From Nitrospirota bacterium (GTDB lineage: Bacteria > Nitrospirota > UBA9217): DNA of 64,000 nt. The stretch is from positions 96,001-160,000 of the forward strand of contig CAVUHW010000026.1 of NCBI GenBank assembly GCA_963741205.1, written 5' to 3'. Position 1 is the stretch's first letter; every line of letters begins with the position of its first letter. Positions 23,941-35,159 of the stretch are shown here, in pieces. The notes below the pieces were generated by a model, which ran no database searches, was not told the origin of the DNA, and saw only the letters and a list, made by a program, of their open reading frames with translations. The translations under genes were made by a program, and so were the position numbers.

Positions 23941-26100
23941 CTACTCCTGAAGCGCAGGCTGCTTGACCACCATGACTTTGGCAACGCCTGACCCCGACAA
24001 CAGCCCCTCGTTCATGGCGAGCAAAAGGCCGGACGCGGACACCGGGACAGATGGGACCGTTTCCGCCGCAACAGGCTTAAAGGTTGCTGCGCCGAGTTTG
24101 CCTGCCTTCACTTTCTTGATCGCAGCTGCGACGTCTTTAAGCTTGAAGCCTTTCGCCGCGTTCAAAATTTGCGACAGCTCGGCTGCGATGTCGGCGCCAT
24201 CCTTCGCCTCTCCCGAGGCGATTTGGGCCTGTGAAACGGCCTTGGTCATGCCGTAGGTATTCATGATTGTCCCGTGCTTTTCATACAATGCGGCAAGCGG
24301 GAGCACGACATCCGCCTTTTCCGTAAGGCCGGTCATGTGGCTGGCCAGAACGACCACCATATCCGATTTGAAGTCGGCATCCGGAGTTGCACCGGCGATC
24401 AGGAGCGCCTTCATGCCCGATTTCATGTCACGGTATCCCGCGCCGGCCTTCATGGCCTTCGTAAACCCGGGTCCCCTGTCGGACTGACAACCCATCTGCA
24501 GAACTCCCAGTGCATTTGCTTCGAGCATCAACGGCAGCACACCGGCATTTTTAAGGAGCGCAAGATTCAGCGCCTGCATCGACGCCTCCACACTGCCGGA
24601 GATCCCGGTCCCGATCACGACAACTGGCTGTTTCGCTGCGGCATACGCCTTTGCCGCGGCGATGATTTGTTCGGAAGAAACCCCCGACCCGGAGGCCGCT
24701 TCATCGACGCTCACCAGGGCTTTCTTGAGTGCGTCTGCGCCCTTTGCCGCCGGCGCCGCGCCTTCAGCCAGAACTGCCGACATCAGTCCGGCAAGGAGCA
24801 CCGGGTCAGATCCTGCTTTCAACTGAAGAAGGATGGCGTTCTGATGTCCGGCCAGGTCCGTCTTCACCGTGCTGATGACGATCACCTTTGCGCCGGCCTG
24901 CGCCCTCCTTCGGATCATCACGTCCACTTCCTGGAGCGACTGTTTCTTCTGCGACGGATCGGCGCCGATCACGACAACGCAGTCGGCCGATTTCAGGTTC
25001 GCGGAGGACGCGATGCAAACTCCGTTGTCGCCGTGCATCGTACGGAGCGCGGAGATGACCCCGGAGGCATAGGCTGACGCGGGCGTATCGATATTGGAGC
25101 TTCCCACCACGTCGCGGGCAAGCGACTGGACTGCAAAGGCCTCTTCGTTCGTGAGCGAACCGGAAGCGATGAACCCGGCATTGCTACCCGCTTTCTTGAG
25201 ACCGTCGGCGGCGATTGAAAGGGCGTCTTCCCAGGTCGTGGGGACGAGTTTACCTCCCTGCTTCTTCATCGGGGCGGTTACGCGGTTTGCGGACCGTAAA
25301 GAACCGAAGCTGAAGCGGCCGATGGCGCAGATATAGCCGTTGTCTTCCTTGGCATTCACTTTCACGATCTTGCCGTCTTTGCTGCTCGTTGTTACGCTGC
25401 AGCCCGAGCCGCAGGCGGTGCATACCGTGTCGTGTTTTTCGAGCTCCCATTCCCTGCCGTGCAGCCAGCGATCCCGTTCCATGATCGTGTTCACCGGGCA
25501 GGCGTCCACGCAGGACCCGCAGAAGGTGCAGCCCGACTCGTGAAGCGGCTTGTCCATGGCCGTCGAGACCTTGGTGGTTATGCCGCGGCCCATGAACTCC
25601 AGTACGTTTGTGTTCTGCTCCTTGCAGACCCTGACGCACCGGCCGCAGAGGATGCAGTAGTTGTTATCGATTGTGATGAAGGGACTCCGGTCGTTCAACT
25701 CGTAATTGAAGCTTTTCCTGCCGAAGGACGATTCGCGGATGCCGAGGTCCGCCGCGTAGCGCTGCAGGTCACAGGCGCCTGCCTTGGGGCAGGTCATGCA
25801 GTCCAGCGGGTGGAATGATAAGATAAGGTCGGTCACGAACTTCCTGATCTCCTCCACCTTGGGGGTCTTGGTCTGGACCTTCATGCCTTCCTTGGTCCGG
25901 GTCGTGCAGCCGGTGACCGGCGTCTTCATGCCCTCTATCTCTACCATGCACATGCGGCACGCGCCCACGCCGCGAAGTTCCTTGATATGGCACAGGTTCG
26001 GAATATGTATCCCCACGGTCGCGGCCGCGTCAACAAGCGTCATTCCTTCCGGCACCGATACGGTCTTGCCGTCAAACTCCATATTCACCATCTTGGTCAT
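23941..26100 (-). CDS. NuoG/HydA-like Fe-S subunit with a non-catalytic molybdopterin-oxidoreductase fold (BfuA-like)
   Basis: [2Fe-2S] (PNLC..GACRMC..C), His-ligated HPLDCMTC..C, 2x[4Fe-4S] and CTACGSGC..C. The FDH Mo-ligand region reads NIDTPASAY, with no Cys or Sec. Confidence 0.88.
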   Translation of the reverse strand: MTKMVNMEFDGKTVSVPEGMTLVDAAATVGIHIPNLCHIKELRGVGACRMCMVEIEGMKTPVTGCTTRTKEGMKVQTKTPKVEEIRKFVTDLILSFHPLDCMTCPKAGACDLQRYAADLGIRESSFGRKSFNYELNDRSPFITIDNNYCILCGRCVRVCKEQNTNVLEFMGRGITTKVSTAMDKPLHESGCTFCGSCVDACPVNTIMERDRWLHGREWELEKHDTVCTACGSGCSVTTSSKDGKIVKVNAKEDNGYICAIGRFSFGSLRSANRVTAPMKKQGGKLVPTTWEDALSIAADGLKKAGSNAGFIASGSLTNEEAFAVQSLARDVVGSSNIDTPASAYASGVISALRTMHGDNGVCIASSANLKSADCVVVIGADPSQKKQSLQEVDVMIRRRAQAGAKVIVISTVKTDLAGHQNAILLQLKAGSDPVLLAGLMSAVLAEGAAPAAKGADALKKALVSVDEAASGSGVSSEQIIAAAKAYAAAKQPVVVIGTGISGSVEASMQALNLALLKNAGVLPLMLEANALGVLQMGCQSDRGPGFTKAMKAGAGYRDMKSGMKALLIAGATPDADFKSDMVVVLASHMTGLTEKADVVLPLAALYEKHGTIMNTYGMTKAVSQAQIASGEAKDGADIAAELSQILNAAKGFKLKDVAAAIKKVKAGKLGAATFKPVAAETVPSVPVSASGLLLAMNEGLLSGSGVAKVMVVKQPALQE

Positions 26101-26112
26101 AGCAACCTCCAA

Positions 26113-26236
26113 TTAAAAATTCCCTATTTCAAAATGATAAATCCCAAATACGGTCCAAATTTCAAAGTTCAATTACCAAAACGTTTGGAATTTGATAATT
26201 GGAATTTATGTGTGATTTGCCGCTTGATGCTTGCTT
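26113..26236. repeat. AT-rich degenerate heptamer inverted-repeat element
   Basis: AAATCCCAAAT..CCAAATTTCAAA..TTACCAAAAC / GTTTGGAATTTGATAATTGGAATTT. Confidence 0.6.
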
Positions 26237-26848
26237 CTATTTTTCCGGAGCCACGGACTGATGCGTATAGTCCGTGCTGCACGCCAGGGCCGGCCGCTCC
26301 ATGACCGCCTCTTCCGATATTAAGATCGCGCCCTCGGGGCAGACCTTTATGCACTCTCCACAGTGGGTGCAGCGCCTCTGCCGGATCCGATAGGGGGTGA
26401 AACCGCCTTTATACTGAACCGCCAGCACCCCTTCGATGGCGACGTCCTGGCAGACTCCCCGGCACTTGTCGCACATGGTGCAGCGGTCGGCGTCGATCTC
26501 GTAGCGGACGAGGTTTTTGCATTCACGGGTAGTGCATACGCCCTTCAAGTGCCTGTCGAGGTCCTCGGCATGGTCCTTCAGGAACGCGGCCAGGATATCC
26601 GCATGGTCCTTGCCCTTCTTGCACATGCCGCCGTCCTTTACGTCAACAGCGATGCGCTTGAGCTGCGCAGCATGCTTCTCCTCGCCCTTCCCCGCCTGGA
26701 TCATCTCAAAGATTTTGATTGCGTCGTAGATGCCGAGTTTGCAGGGGTGGCACTTGGAGCACATGCCGTCCTTGGAGTCGTCATAGTAGAATTTCTGGAG
26801 CCTGATCTTGGTGGCCATCACCGGGCACTTATTTTCCAGCTGCGACAT
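26237..26848 (-). CDS. Stand-alone NuoF/HydB C-terminal Fe-S module (4Fe-4S region plus 2x[4Fe-4S] ferredoxin)
   Basis: KCPV...MCSKCHPC...MCKKG...H-x4-C-x4-C, CTMCDKC...C and CTHCGEC...CP, colinear with the last third of the upstream NuoF-like protein. Confidence 0.85.
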   Translation of the reverse strand: MSQLENKCPVMATKIRLQKFYYDDSKDGMCSKCHPCKLGIYDAIKIFEMIQAGKGEEKHAAQLKRIAVDVKDGGMCKKGKDHADILAAFLKDHAEDLDRHLKGVCTTRECKNLVRYEIDADRCTMCDKCRGVCQDVAIEGVLAVQYKGGFTPYRIRQRRCTHCGECIKVCPEGAILISEEAVMERPALACSTDYTHQSVAPEK

Positions 26849-28727
26849 GGGCCCCTCCCTTTTCGATCACGATTGCTCGCGTCGGGCAGACGCTGTAGCA
26901 GGCCTTGCACTTGGTGCAGTAATCTTGATCGATGTAGAACTTGTCCCTGAGCTCCACCACGGAATCGAAGGCGCAAGCCTGCTTGCAGAGCCCGCAGAGG
27001 ATGCAATGCTCGGGAAGGATGCGGAAGGACCCCAGTCCCTGGCATCGCTTGGCGCGGCAGTACTTGTCGCGCACATGCTCCTCGTATTCCTCGCGGAAGT
27101 ATTTGATCGTCGAGAGCACGGGGTTCGGCGCGCTGTTCCCGAGGCCGCAGAGCGAACCGGCTACGATCGACTTGCCCATCTTCTCGAGCTTCTCGATGTC
27201 GCCTTCTACGCCTTTTCCCGTGGTGATCTTGTCCAACAGTTCGTACATCTGCCAGTTGCCTATGCGGCAGGGAGGACACTTGCCGCAGGATTCGGTCTTG
27301 GTAAAGGAAAGGAAAAACTTGGCAACGTCCACCATGCAGTCGTCCTCGTCCAAAACCACCATGCCGCCCGAACCCATGATCGAGCCCACACTGGCCAGCG
27401 TATCGAAATCCGCGGGCATGTCGAGGAACTGCTCAGGGATGCAGCCGCCGGAGGGACCGCCGGTCTGGACCGCCTTGAACTCTTTGTCCGGGTTCAGCAT
27501 GCCGCCGCCGATGTCGAAAATGATTTCCCGGAGCGTGATGCCCATGGGCACTTCGATAAGGCCCGTGTTCTTGATCTTGCCCGTAAGGGCGAACACTTTC
27601 GTCCCCTTCGATTTTTCGGTGCCGATCTTCGTATAGTAGTCCAACCCCTTGTTGATGATCGTGGGGACGTTCGCAAAGGTCTCGACGTTGTTCAGGTTTG
27701 TGGGCATTCCCCAGAGACCGCCCGCCGCTTCGGACAACCTCGGGGGCCGGGGTCGCGGCATGCCGCGATCGCCCTCGATGGACGCGATGAGCGCCGTGGA
27801 TTCACCGCACACAAAGGCGCCTGCGCCTTCCTTAATCTCGATGTCAAACTCCAGCCCGGAACCGAGGATGTCCTTGCCCAGGAGGCCCATGGCCCGGGCC
27901 TGGCTGATGGCCACGCCGAGGTTTTTCACGGCCAGCGGATATTCATGCCGCACGTAGATGTAGCCGTGCTGGGCGCCGATGGCAAAGGCGTTAATGATCA
28001 TGCCCTCAAGCACGGAATGCGGATCGCCTTCCATGACCGAGCGGTCCATGAAGGCGCCCGGGTCGCCTTCGTCACCGTTGCACACCACGGCCTTGACCTT
28101 GGCGCCGGATTTCTTGGTGTGCTCCCACTTGAGGCCTGCGGGAAAACCCGCGCCTCCGCGGCCGCGGAGACCGGACTTCTTCACGATATCAATGACCTCA
28201 TCGGGCTTCATTTCAGCAAGGACCTTCGCAAGTGCCGCATATCCGTCCTCGCGGATGGCGTCGTAGATATTGCACGGATCGACGACGCCGTTGCGGTGGA
28301 GTGCCACGCGCTTTTGCTTCTTGTAAAAGGGGATGTCCTGCACCTTTTCATTCGGTTCGGACATGGGAAATTCGCGGTAGAGCTGCTTGCGGTAGGGCAC
28401 GTTGTGGAGCACGGAGTCGGAGAAGAGCGATGGCACGTCGGCCACCTTCACCTTCTGATAAAAAATGTCCTGCGGGTCCTGGATCACCACCGGACCTCGC
28501 TGGCAGAAACCCTGGCATCCGGTCCTCACGATCTCGAGCTTCACCTGCTTTTGGGCCGCTTCTTTTTCGAACTGGTCGATGAGTTTCAGGGACCCTGTCG
28601 CCTGGCATGCGGTGCCGCAGCAGACGCGCACGCGGTGCGCATCGCTTTCCTCGCGCTCCTTCTGGAGCTTCTGGCGCAGGGCAGCCAGGTCCTGTCCGTT
28701 CTCAATGCGCTTAAACGTGAGTTCCAT
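26829..28727 (-). CDS. NuoF/HydB-like FMN/NAD(P)H-binding subunit (BfuB-like)
   Basis: N-terminal Trx-like [2Fe-2S]; SGLRGRGGAGFP, NGDEGDPGAFMD, GGPSGG, SCGKCPPC; C-terminal 2x[4Fe-4S]. Confidence 0.95.
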   Translation of the reverse strand: MELTFKRIENGQDLAALRQKLQKEREESDAHRVRVCCGTACQATGSLKLIDQFEKEAAQKQVKLEIVRTGCQGFCQRGPVVIQDPQDIFYQKVKVADVPSLFSDSVLHNVPYRKQLYREFPMSEPNEKVQDIPFYKKQKRVALHRNGVVDPCNIYDAIREDGYAALAKVLAEMKPDEVIDIVKKSGLRGRGGAGFPAGLKWEHTKKSGAKVKAVVCNGDEGDPGAFMDRSVMEGDPHSVLEGMIINAFAIGAQHGYIYVRHEYPLAVKNLGVAISQARAMGLLGKDILGSGLEFDIEIKEGAGAFVCGESTALIASIEGDRGMPRPRPPRLSEAAGGLWGMPTNLNNVETFANVPTIINKGLDYYTKIGTEKSKGTKVFALTGKIKNTGLIEVPMGITLREIIFDIGGGMLNPDKEFKAVQTGGPSGGCIPEQFLDMPADFDTLASVGSIMGSGGMVVLDEDDCMVDVAKFFLSFTKTESCGKCPPCRIGNWQMYELLDKITTGKGVEGDIEKLEKMGKSIVAGSLCGLGNSAPNPVLSTIKYFREEYEEHVRDKYCRAKRCQGLGSFRILPEHCILCGLCKQACAFDSVVELRDKFYIDQDYCTKCKACYSVCPTRAIVIEKGGAHVAAGK

Positions 28728-29199
28728 GTTCGCTCCTCACTGTAGAGATGATGTCGTCAACCATCCTGGGCGTCAGTTCGCCGAAGAGGTCATGGTCGTT
28801 GATCGTGGTAACCGGCGCGAGGGCGCAACACCCTACGCATCCCACGGTCTCGAGCGTGACCGAAAGGTCGGCGGTGGTTTCGCCTTCCTTGATCCCGAGT
28901 TTCTGCTCCATTTCGGTCAGGATCGCCCTGGCACCGCGAACATGGCATGCCGTGCCCATGCAGACCTTGACCACGTTCTTGCCCCTGGGTTTGAAGTGAA
29001 AATGCTTGTAGAACGACGCAACGCCGTAGATATTGTTCAGGGACAGATTCAGTCGTTCTGCGATCATCTTCATAGCCTCTTCGGGCAGATAACCGATCTT
29101 TCCCTGAACTTTCTGGAGCACTGAGATGAGCATGCCTCGCTGACCCGCAGCGTCATCGAGGACAGCATCAACCTTATTGATATCTTCTTGCTCGAGCAC
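28711..29199 (-). CDS. NuoE/HydC-like [2Fe-2S] subunit (BfuC-like)
   Basis: GVASFY, CMGTACHVRG, GCVGCCALAP. Confidence 0.95.
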   Translation of the reverse strand: MLEQEDINKVDAVLDDAAGQRGMLISVLQKVQGKIGYLPEEAMKMIAERLNLSLNNIYGVASFYKHFHFKPRGKNVVKVCMGTACHVRGARAILTEMEQKLGIKEGETTADLSVTLETVGCVGCCALAPVTTINDHDLFGELTPRMVDDIISTVRSEHGTHV

Positions 29200-29563
29200 A
29201 GTACGAACCTCCTTCTGAACTTATGCAAAAAAACAATGAACTCAATATGTTACGTAATTTTCCAGCCCGAATAGTACGAAATTGTCACCTAATGCTGATA
29301 CTAACTACTTGGAGCTCGCGAACCGATGTCGTATATGATTGAATTTTACTAGAGGAATACTATATTAACAACCGATGTTTAAAAAATCAAGAAAAATAAA
29401 ATAAAAAATTTCATATTGGAATTATCGTTATCTTTTAAAATTGCCGATCAATGTGCCGTGGATGTTCGGCCGTTGTAAAAGGAATCTGCATCATTAATAT
29501 CCTGTCGTGCTCCGAATCAATAGTCCGTAAATGGGACTCGGGGATTCAACCCGGCTGGGAGGT

Positions 29564-30998
<1,435 letters not shown>

Positions 30999-31033
30999 GG
31001 CCTACCCTCGTAAAGGTTTCATCGCGAAAAGAT

Positions 31034-31878
31034 CTATTTCTCGCAGAGAACTGCGTGCCGCTGCTTCCATGTTTCAAAGGATTCCCTCTGCTCCGGGGTA
31101 TAGGTTTTCTGGCGGTCATAAGGATGTCCCAGTCCACGAGGTGCCCGTCGAATTCCGGACCGTCGGTACAGGCAAACAAGGTCTGGCCTCCCACCGAAAC
31201 GCGGCATCCTCCGCACATTCCGGTGCCGTCCACCATGATGGGGTTCAGGCTCACGATGGTCTTCACGCCGAAGGGGCGCGTCGTATCGGAAACGAACTTC
31301 ATCATGATAGCCGGTCCCACGGTGACCACGAGACCGGTGCCGCCCTTCTCGAGTTCCTTGCGGAGGGCCTCGGTCACCACCCCTTTCATGCCCTTGCTTC
31401 CGTCGTCGGTGGTAACGAGCACCCGGCTGCAGACCTCTTCCATTTCTTCTCATAGATCAGGAGGTCCCTCGACCTGGCGCCCATCACGCAGACGACTTCA
31501 TTGCCCGCCGCCTTGAAGGACCGTGCAATGGGATACAGCGGCGCAACGCCGAAACCGCCGCCCACGACGATGACCTTGCCGACATGTTCGATATGGGTGG
31601 GATTGCCCAGCGGACCGCAGAGGTCGAGGATAGAATCGCCCGGTGTTCATGATCGACATTTCCGTGGTCGTCTTGCCCACGGCCATAACGATCAGGCTGA
31701 TGGTGCCTTCAGCGGGATTGATGTCCGCCAGAGAGATCGGGATGCGCTCGCCTTTTGCGTGGAGCCGCAGGATGACGAACTGGCCGGGCTGCGCCTTCCT
31801 GGAAATGAGCGGCGCCGCGACCTTGAAATAAAATACATCCGGTTTCCGAAGTAATTTCTTTTCCAGAATTTTTGGCAT
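31034..31878 (-). CDS. nfnA: NfnA/SudB-like small subunit (multiple frameshifts)
   Basis: PGQFVILR...GERIPIS, TTDDGS, MVDGTGMCGGCRV...CTDGPEFDG. Confidence 0.88.
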
Positions 31879-32193
31879 AGCTCGCATCGTTCCTTCTGCG
31901 GCAGTACGAATTCCTGAATATCACTACACGCGTTTTGTCTAAAAGATTTTGGATTTGCTTTACCGAGGTAAAGCGGGAAGGGTGTCCGCGCTACAATTCG
32001 TAACAATTTACACCTTTTTTGGAAATAAGGAAATAAAAAAATGCGAGCACTAGTTGCCAAAACAGGAAACTCTAAGACTTTGAGGGAAAAATCATCATTG
32101 CAGTCACCCACGAACAAGCCGAACTTGTTTGACAGGCACATGACCCCGCGTTATGATTAATGCGTTATCCGCAAACCTAAGGAGAAAAGAATC

Positions 32194-33451
32194 ATGAGCA
32201 TACTCGCTATGATCCTTGCCGGAGGCAAGGGAGAACGTCTTCATCCGCTGACCATTCACCGGGCCAAACCCGCGGTACCCTTCGGCGGGATCTACCGCAT
32301 CATCGATTTTACCCTTTCGAACTGCATCAATTCGGGCATCCGCAAGATCGCCGTCCTGCCGCAGTACAAGTCACTTGTCCCTGGACAAGCATTTGCGGCT
32401 TGCCTGGAATCTCTTTTCCGGAGAATTGAACGAATTCATCATTTCCGTCCCTCCGCAGCAGCGCGTGGGCGTCAAGTGGTATCAGGGCACGGCCGACGCC
32501 ATCTACCAGAACATTTATATGATCGAAAAGGACGCGCCGGACCATCTGCTCGTGCTTGCGGGAGATCACATCTACAAGATGGACTATTCCGAGATGTTCC
32601 GGTTCCATCAGGCGCAGAAGGCCGACGCGACGGTCGCCGCCATCGAGATCCCGAAAAAGGGCGCGGCTGCCTTCGGCGTCATCGAGGTTGCCGAGGGAGA
32701 CTGCCGCATCGTCGGCTTCGAGGAAAAACCGCAGGCGCCAAAGCATATACCCGGGCGGCCGGATACGGCGTTCGCATCCATGGGCATCTACCTCTTCAAC
32801 ACGGATACCATGATCGAACACCTGAAATGCGACGCGCTCCAGGACACGGCCCACGACTTCGGCAAGAACATCATCCCGCAGATGATGAAGAGTGCCCGGG
32901 TCTGCGCCTATAATTTCAAGGATGAGAATAAAAAAGAGGCAAAGTACTGGCGCGATGTTGGGACCATCGAAGCCTACTGGGAGGCGAACATGGACCTGGT
33001 CAGCGTCGACCCGCTCCTGAACCTCTACGACAAGGCCTGGCCCATCCGCACGTATCAGGGCCAGAACCCGCCGGCGAAGTTCGTGTTCGCCCAGGAAGAA
33101 AAGGGCGGCAGGTTGGGCATAGGGCTGGACTCGATCATATCGCACGGCTGCATCGTCTCCGGCGGCCGGGTGCAGAACTCCGTGCTCTCGCCGAACGTGC
33201 GCATCAACAGCTACAGCGAAGTGCACGATTCGATCCTCATGGAAAACGTGGATATCGGAAGGCGCTGCCGCATCCGCAAGGCCATCATCGACAAGGATAT
33301 TAATATCCCCCCGGAAACGGAAATAGGCTATGACCTTGAGGAAGACAAGAAACGCTACCATGTGACTCGCTCGGGCATCGTGGTGATTGCGAAAGGAACG
33401 GAGTTGCCCCATGCAGTAATGGCGGCCTCTGCGGTAGAGGAGAAGGCTTAG
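32194..33451 (+). CDS. glgC: Glucose-1-phosphate adenylyltransferase (frameshift near 32377)
   Basis: LAGGKGERL...[39 protein letters not shown]. Confidence 0.96.
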
Positions 33452-33483
33452 AGGACCATGACGGGCAACAAAGAGGACGAACC

Positions 33484-33933
33484 GTGCGCTTAGTACCAGA
33501 AACCCTCGCCGCCGTGAAGGAACATGCCGTCGCTGCGTATCCCGCAGAGTGCTGCGGCATCGTGACAGGTGGCGGCGAGATCCAACGGGTTTACGCTTGC
33601 AGGAACCTGCAGGACGAACTCCACGCAAAGGATCCCGAAAACCATCCGCGGACCAGCCGGGAGGCCTATGCGATGGACCGCGACGAAGCTGACCGGATCA
33701 TAAGAGGCGCCGCCGCCAACGGCGAGAGCATCATCGCCTTCTACCACTCCCACATTGACTGCGGGGCTTATTTCTCCCGGATGGACAAGGAAGTCCAGAC
33801 GGTCTTCGGTGAACCCGAGTTTCCCGGCGCCGCGCACGTGGTCGTCTCGGTGCGGGATGGAGTTATCAGTGAACTCAAGGGCTATCTCTGGGATGAGAAG
33901 AGCCAGGACTTTGTATTGATCGATGTCATGTGA
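33484..33933 (+). CDS. JAMM/MPN+ (M67, Mec-like) metalloprotease
   Basis: YPAECCG...FYHSH-x7-S-x2-D JAMM motif. Confidence 0.9.
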   Translation: MRLVPETLAAVKEHAVAAYPAECCGIVTGGGEIQRVYACRNLQDELHAKDPENHPRTSREAYAMDRDEADRIIRGAAANGESIIAFYHSHIDCGAYFSRMDKEVQTVFGEPEFPGAAHVVVSVRDGVISELKGYLWDEKSQDFVLIDVM

Positions 33934-34085
33934 CGCCGGCGACTGATTCGTCCGGAAGCCGTCACGTTCCCCCGACCCCTCCTCCTTTCGCGGGTTGACG
34001 CCCGCTGCGTCCGGTGCTACCTTAAAAATAAAAAGAGTGTGATCCGCCCTTACGACCTAAGTCATAGGGGCGAGGAGGTAACATC

Positions 34086-34982
34086 ATGATAACCATTCTG
34101 GGAGCAACAGGCAACATCGGGAGTAAAATAGCCGGCATCCTTATCGAGAAGGGGGAACCGGTGCGGCTCGTCGCGCGCTCGGCTGACCGGTTGAGGTCCG
34201 TGGCGGGCAAAAAGGCGGAGGCCCTTGCCGGTGATGCGCTGGACACGGAGTTTCTGATCAAGGCGTTCACGGGCGCAGATGCTGTCTTCACCTTGATCCC
34301 GCCGAACATAAAGGCTGAAAAGTTCATGTCCTATGCCGACGCCATCGGCGGGAGCATCGCCCGCGCGCTGGAGGTCGCGAAGGTGAAGTATGTTGTGAAC
34401 CTTTCGAGCGTCGGCGCCGAACTGCCAGAGGGAACGGGACCGATCGCGGGCCTCCATAACCACGAGGAGCGTCTGAACAGGATCAAGGGGCTGCATGTCC
34501 TGCACCTGCGGCCGGCGACCTTTATGGAAAACCTGCTTATGAATATGGACCTGATCAGGACCAAGGGCATCACCGGCAATGCCACCCGGGGCGACATCAA
34601 GTTCCCGATGATCGCGACCAGGGACATCGCCTCTTACGCTGCCGAACGACTCCGGAAGAGGGACTTTACCGGCTCGTCGGTCCGGTATCTGCTCGGCCAG
34701 CGCGACTTGAGCCTCATCGAGGCGACGGAGATCATCGGCAGAAAAATCAACAAGCCCGGCCTGAGCTACACGATGTTCCCCTACGACGATGCCGAGAAGG
34801 GGCTTGTCGCCATGGGACTGTCGGCCGACATGAGCAGGCTGTACGTCGAGATGAGCAGGGCCTTCAACGAGGGGCGCATCAAATACGAAAAGCGCACTCC
34901 GGAGAACACGACGCCGACCTCGTTCGAGGAATTCTGCGACCACGTGTTCGTGCCCGCGTATATGCAGAAAAAGGCCGCGTAA
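34086..34982 (+). CDS. NmrA-family NAD(P)-binding protein
   Basis: ITILGATGNIG, NLSSVGA, LRPATFMEN, IATRDIA. Confidence 0.9.
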   Translation: MITILGATGNIGSKIAGILIEKGEPVRLVARSADRLRSVAGKKAEALAGDALDTEFLIKAFTGADAVFTLIPPNIKAEKFMSYADAIGGSIARALEVAKVKYVVNLSSVGAELPEGTGPIAGLHNHEERLNRIKGLHVLHLRPATFMENLLMNMDLIRTKGITGNATRGDIKFPMIATRDIASYAAERLRKRDFTGSSVRYLLGQRDLSLIEATEIIGRKINKPGLSYTMFPYDDAEKGLVAMGLSADMSRLYVEMSRAFNEGRIKYEKRTPENTTPTSFEEFCDHVFVPAYMQKKAA

Positions 34983-35026
34983 CGATCGTGTGGGCATAAG
35001 CGCCTATCGAGCGCTTCCCTTCTGAG

Positions 35027-35060
35027 AAAAAGGGGGAATGTGCAGCGCGGCACATTCCCC
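35027..35060 (-). terminator. Terminator-like hairpin between convergent genes
   Basis: GGGGAATGTGC-N6-GCACATTCCCC with a T-run on the minus strand. Confidence 0.7.
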
Positions 35061-35159
35061 GGGAAACTTGCATGGAGTTTTTAAAAAACCTTATGCTTCA
35101 CCGCGATTCAGGATGAGAGTCATCACGGGTGGTGATTTGGGATTTGAAGTTTCCTCTTT

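Noticed and set aside
23941-26100. Formate dehydrogenase alpha subunit call
   Set aside because: There is no Cys/Sec-His at the Mo/W ligand position and no in-frame TGA; it looks like a NuoG-type electron-transfer subunit.
26808-28745. Long antisense ORFs (this 645-aa one, also 22686-23801, 32327-33628 and 52669-53676)
   Set aside because: They are shadows of high-GC coding strands and carry no recognisable motifs.
26829-29199. Respiratory complex I nuoEF
   Set aside because: No membrane or quinone-module nuo genes are adjacent, and the extra Fe-S domains match HydB/HydC-type proteins.
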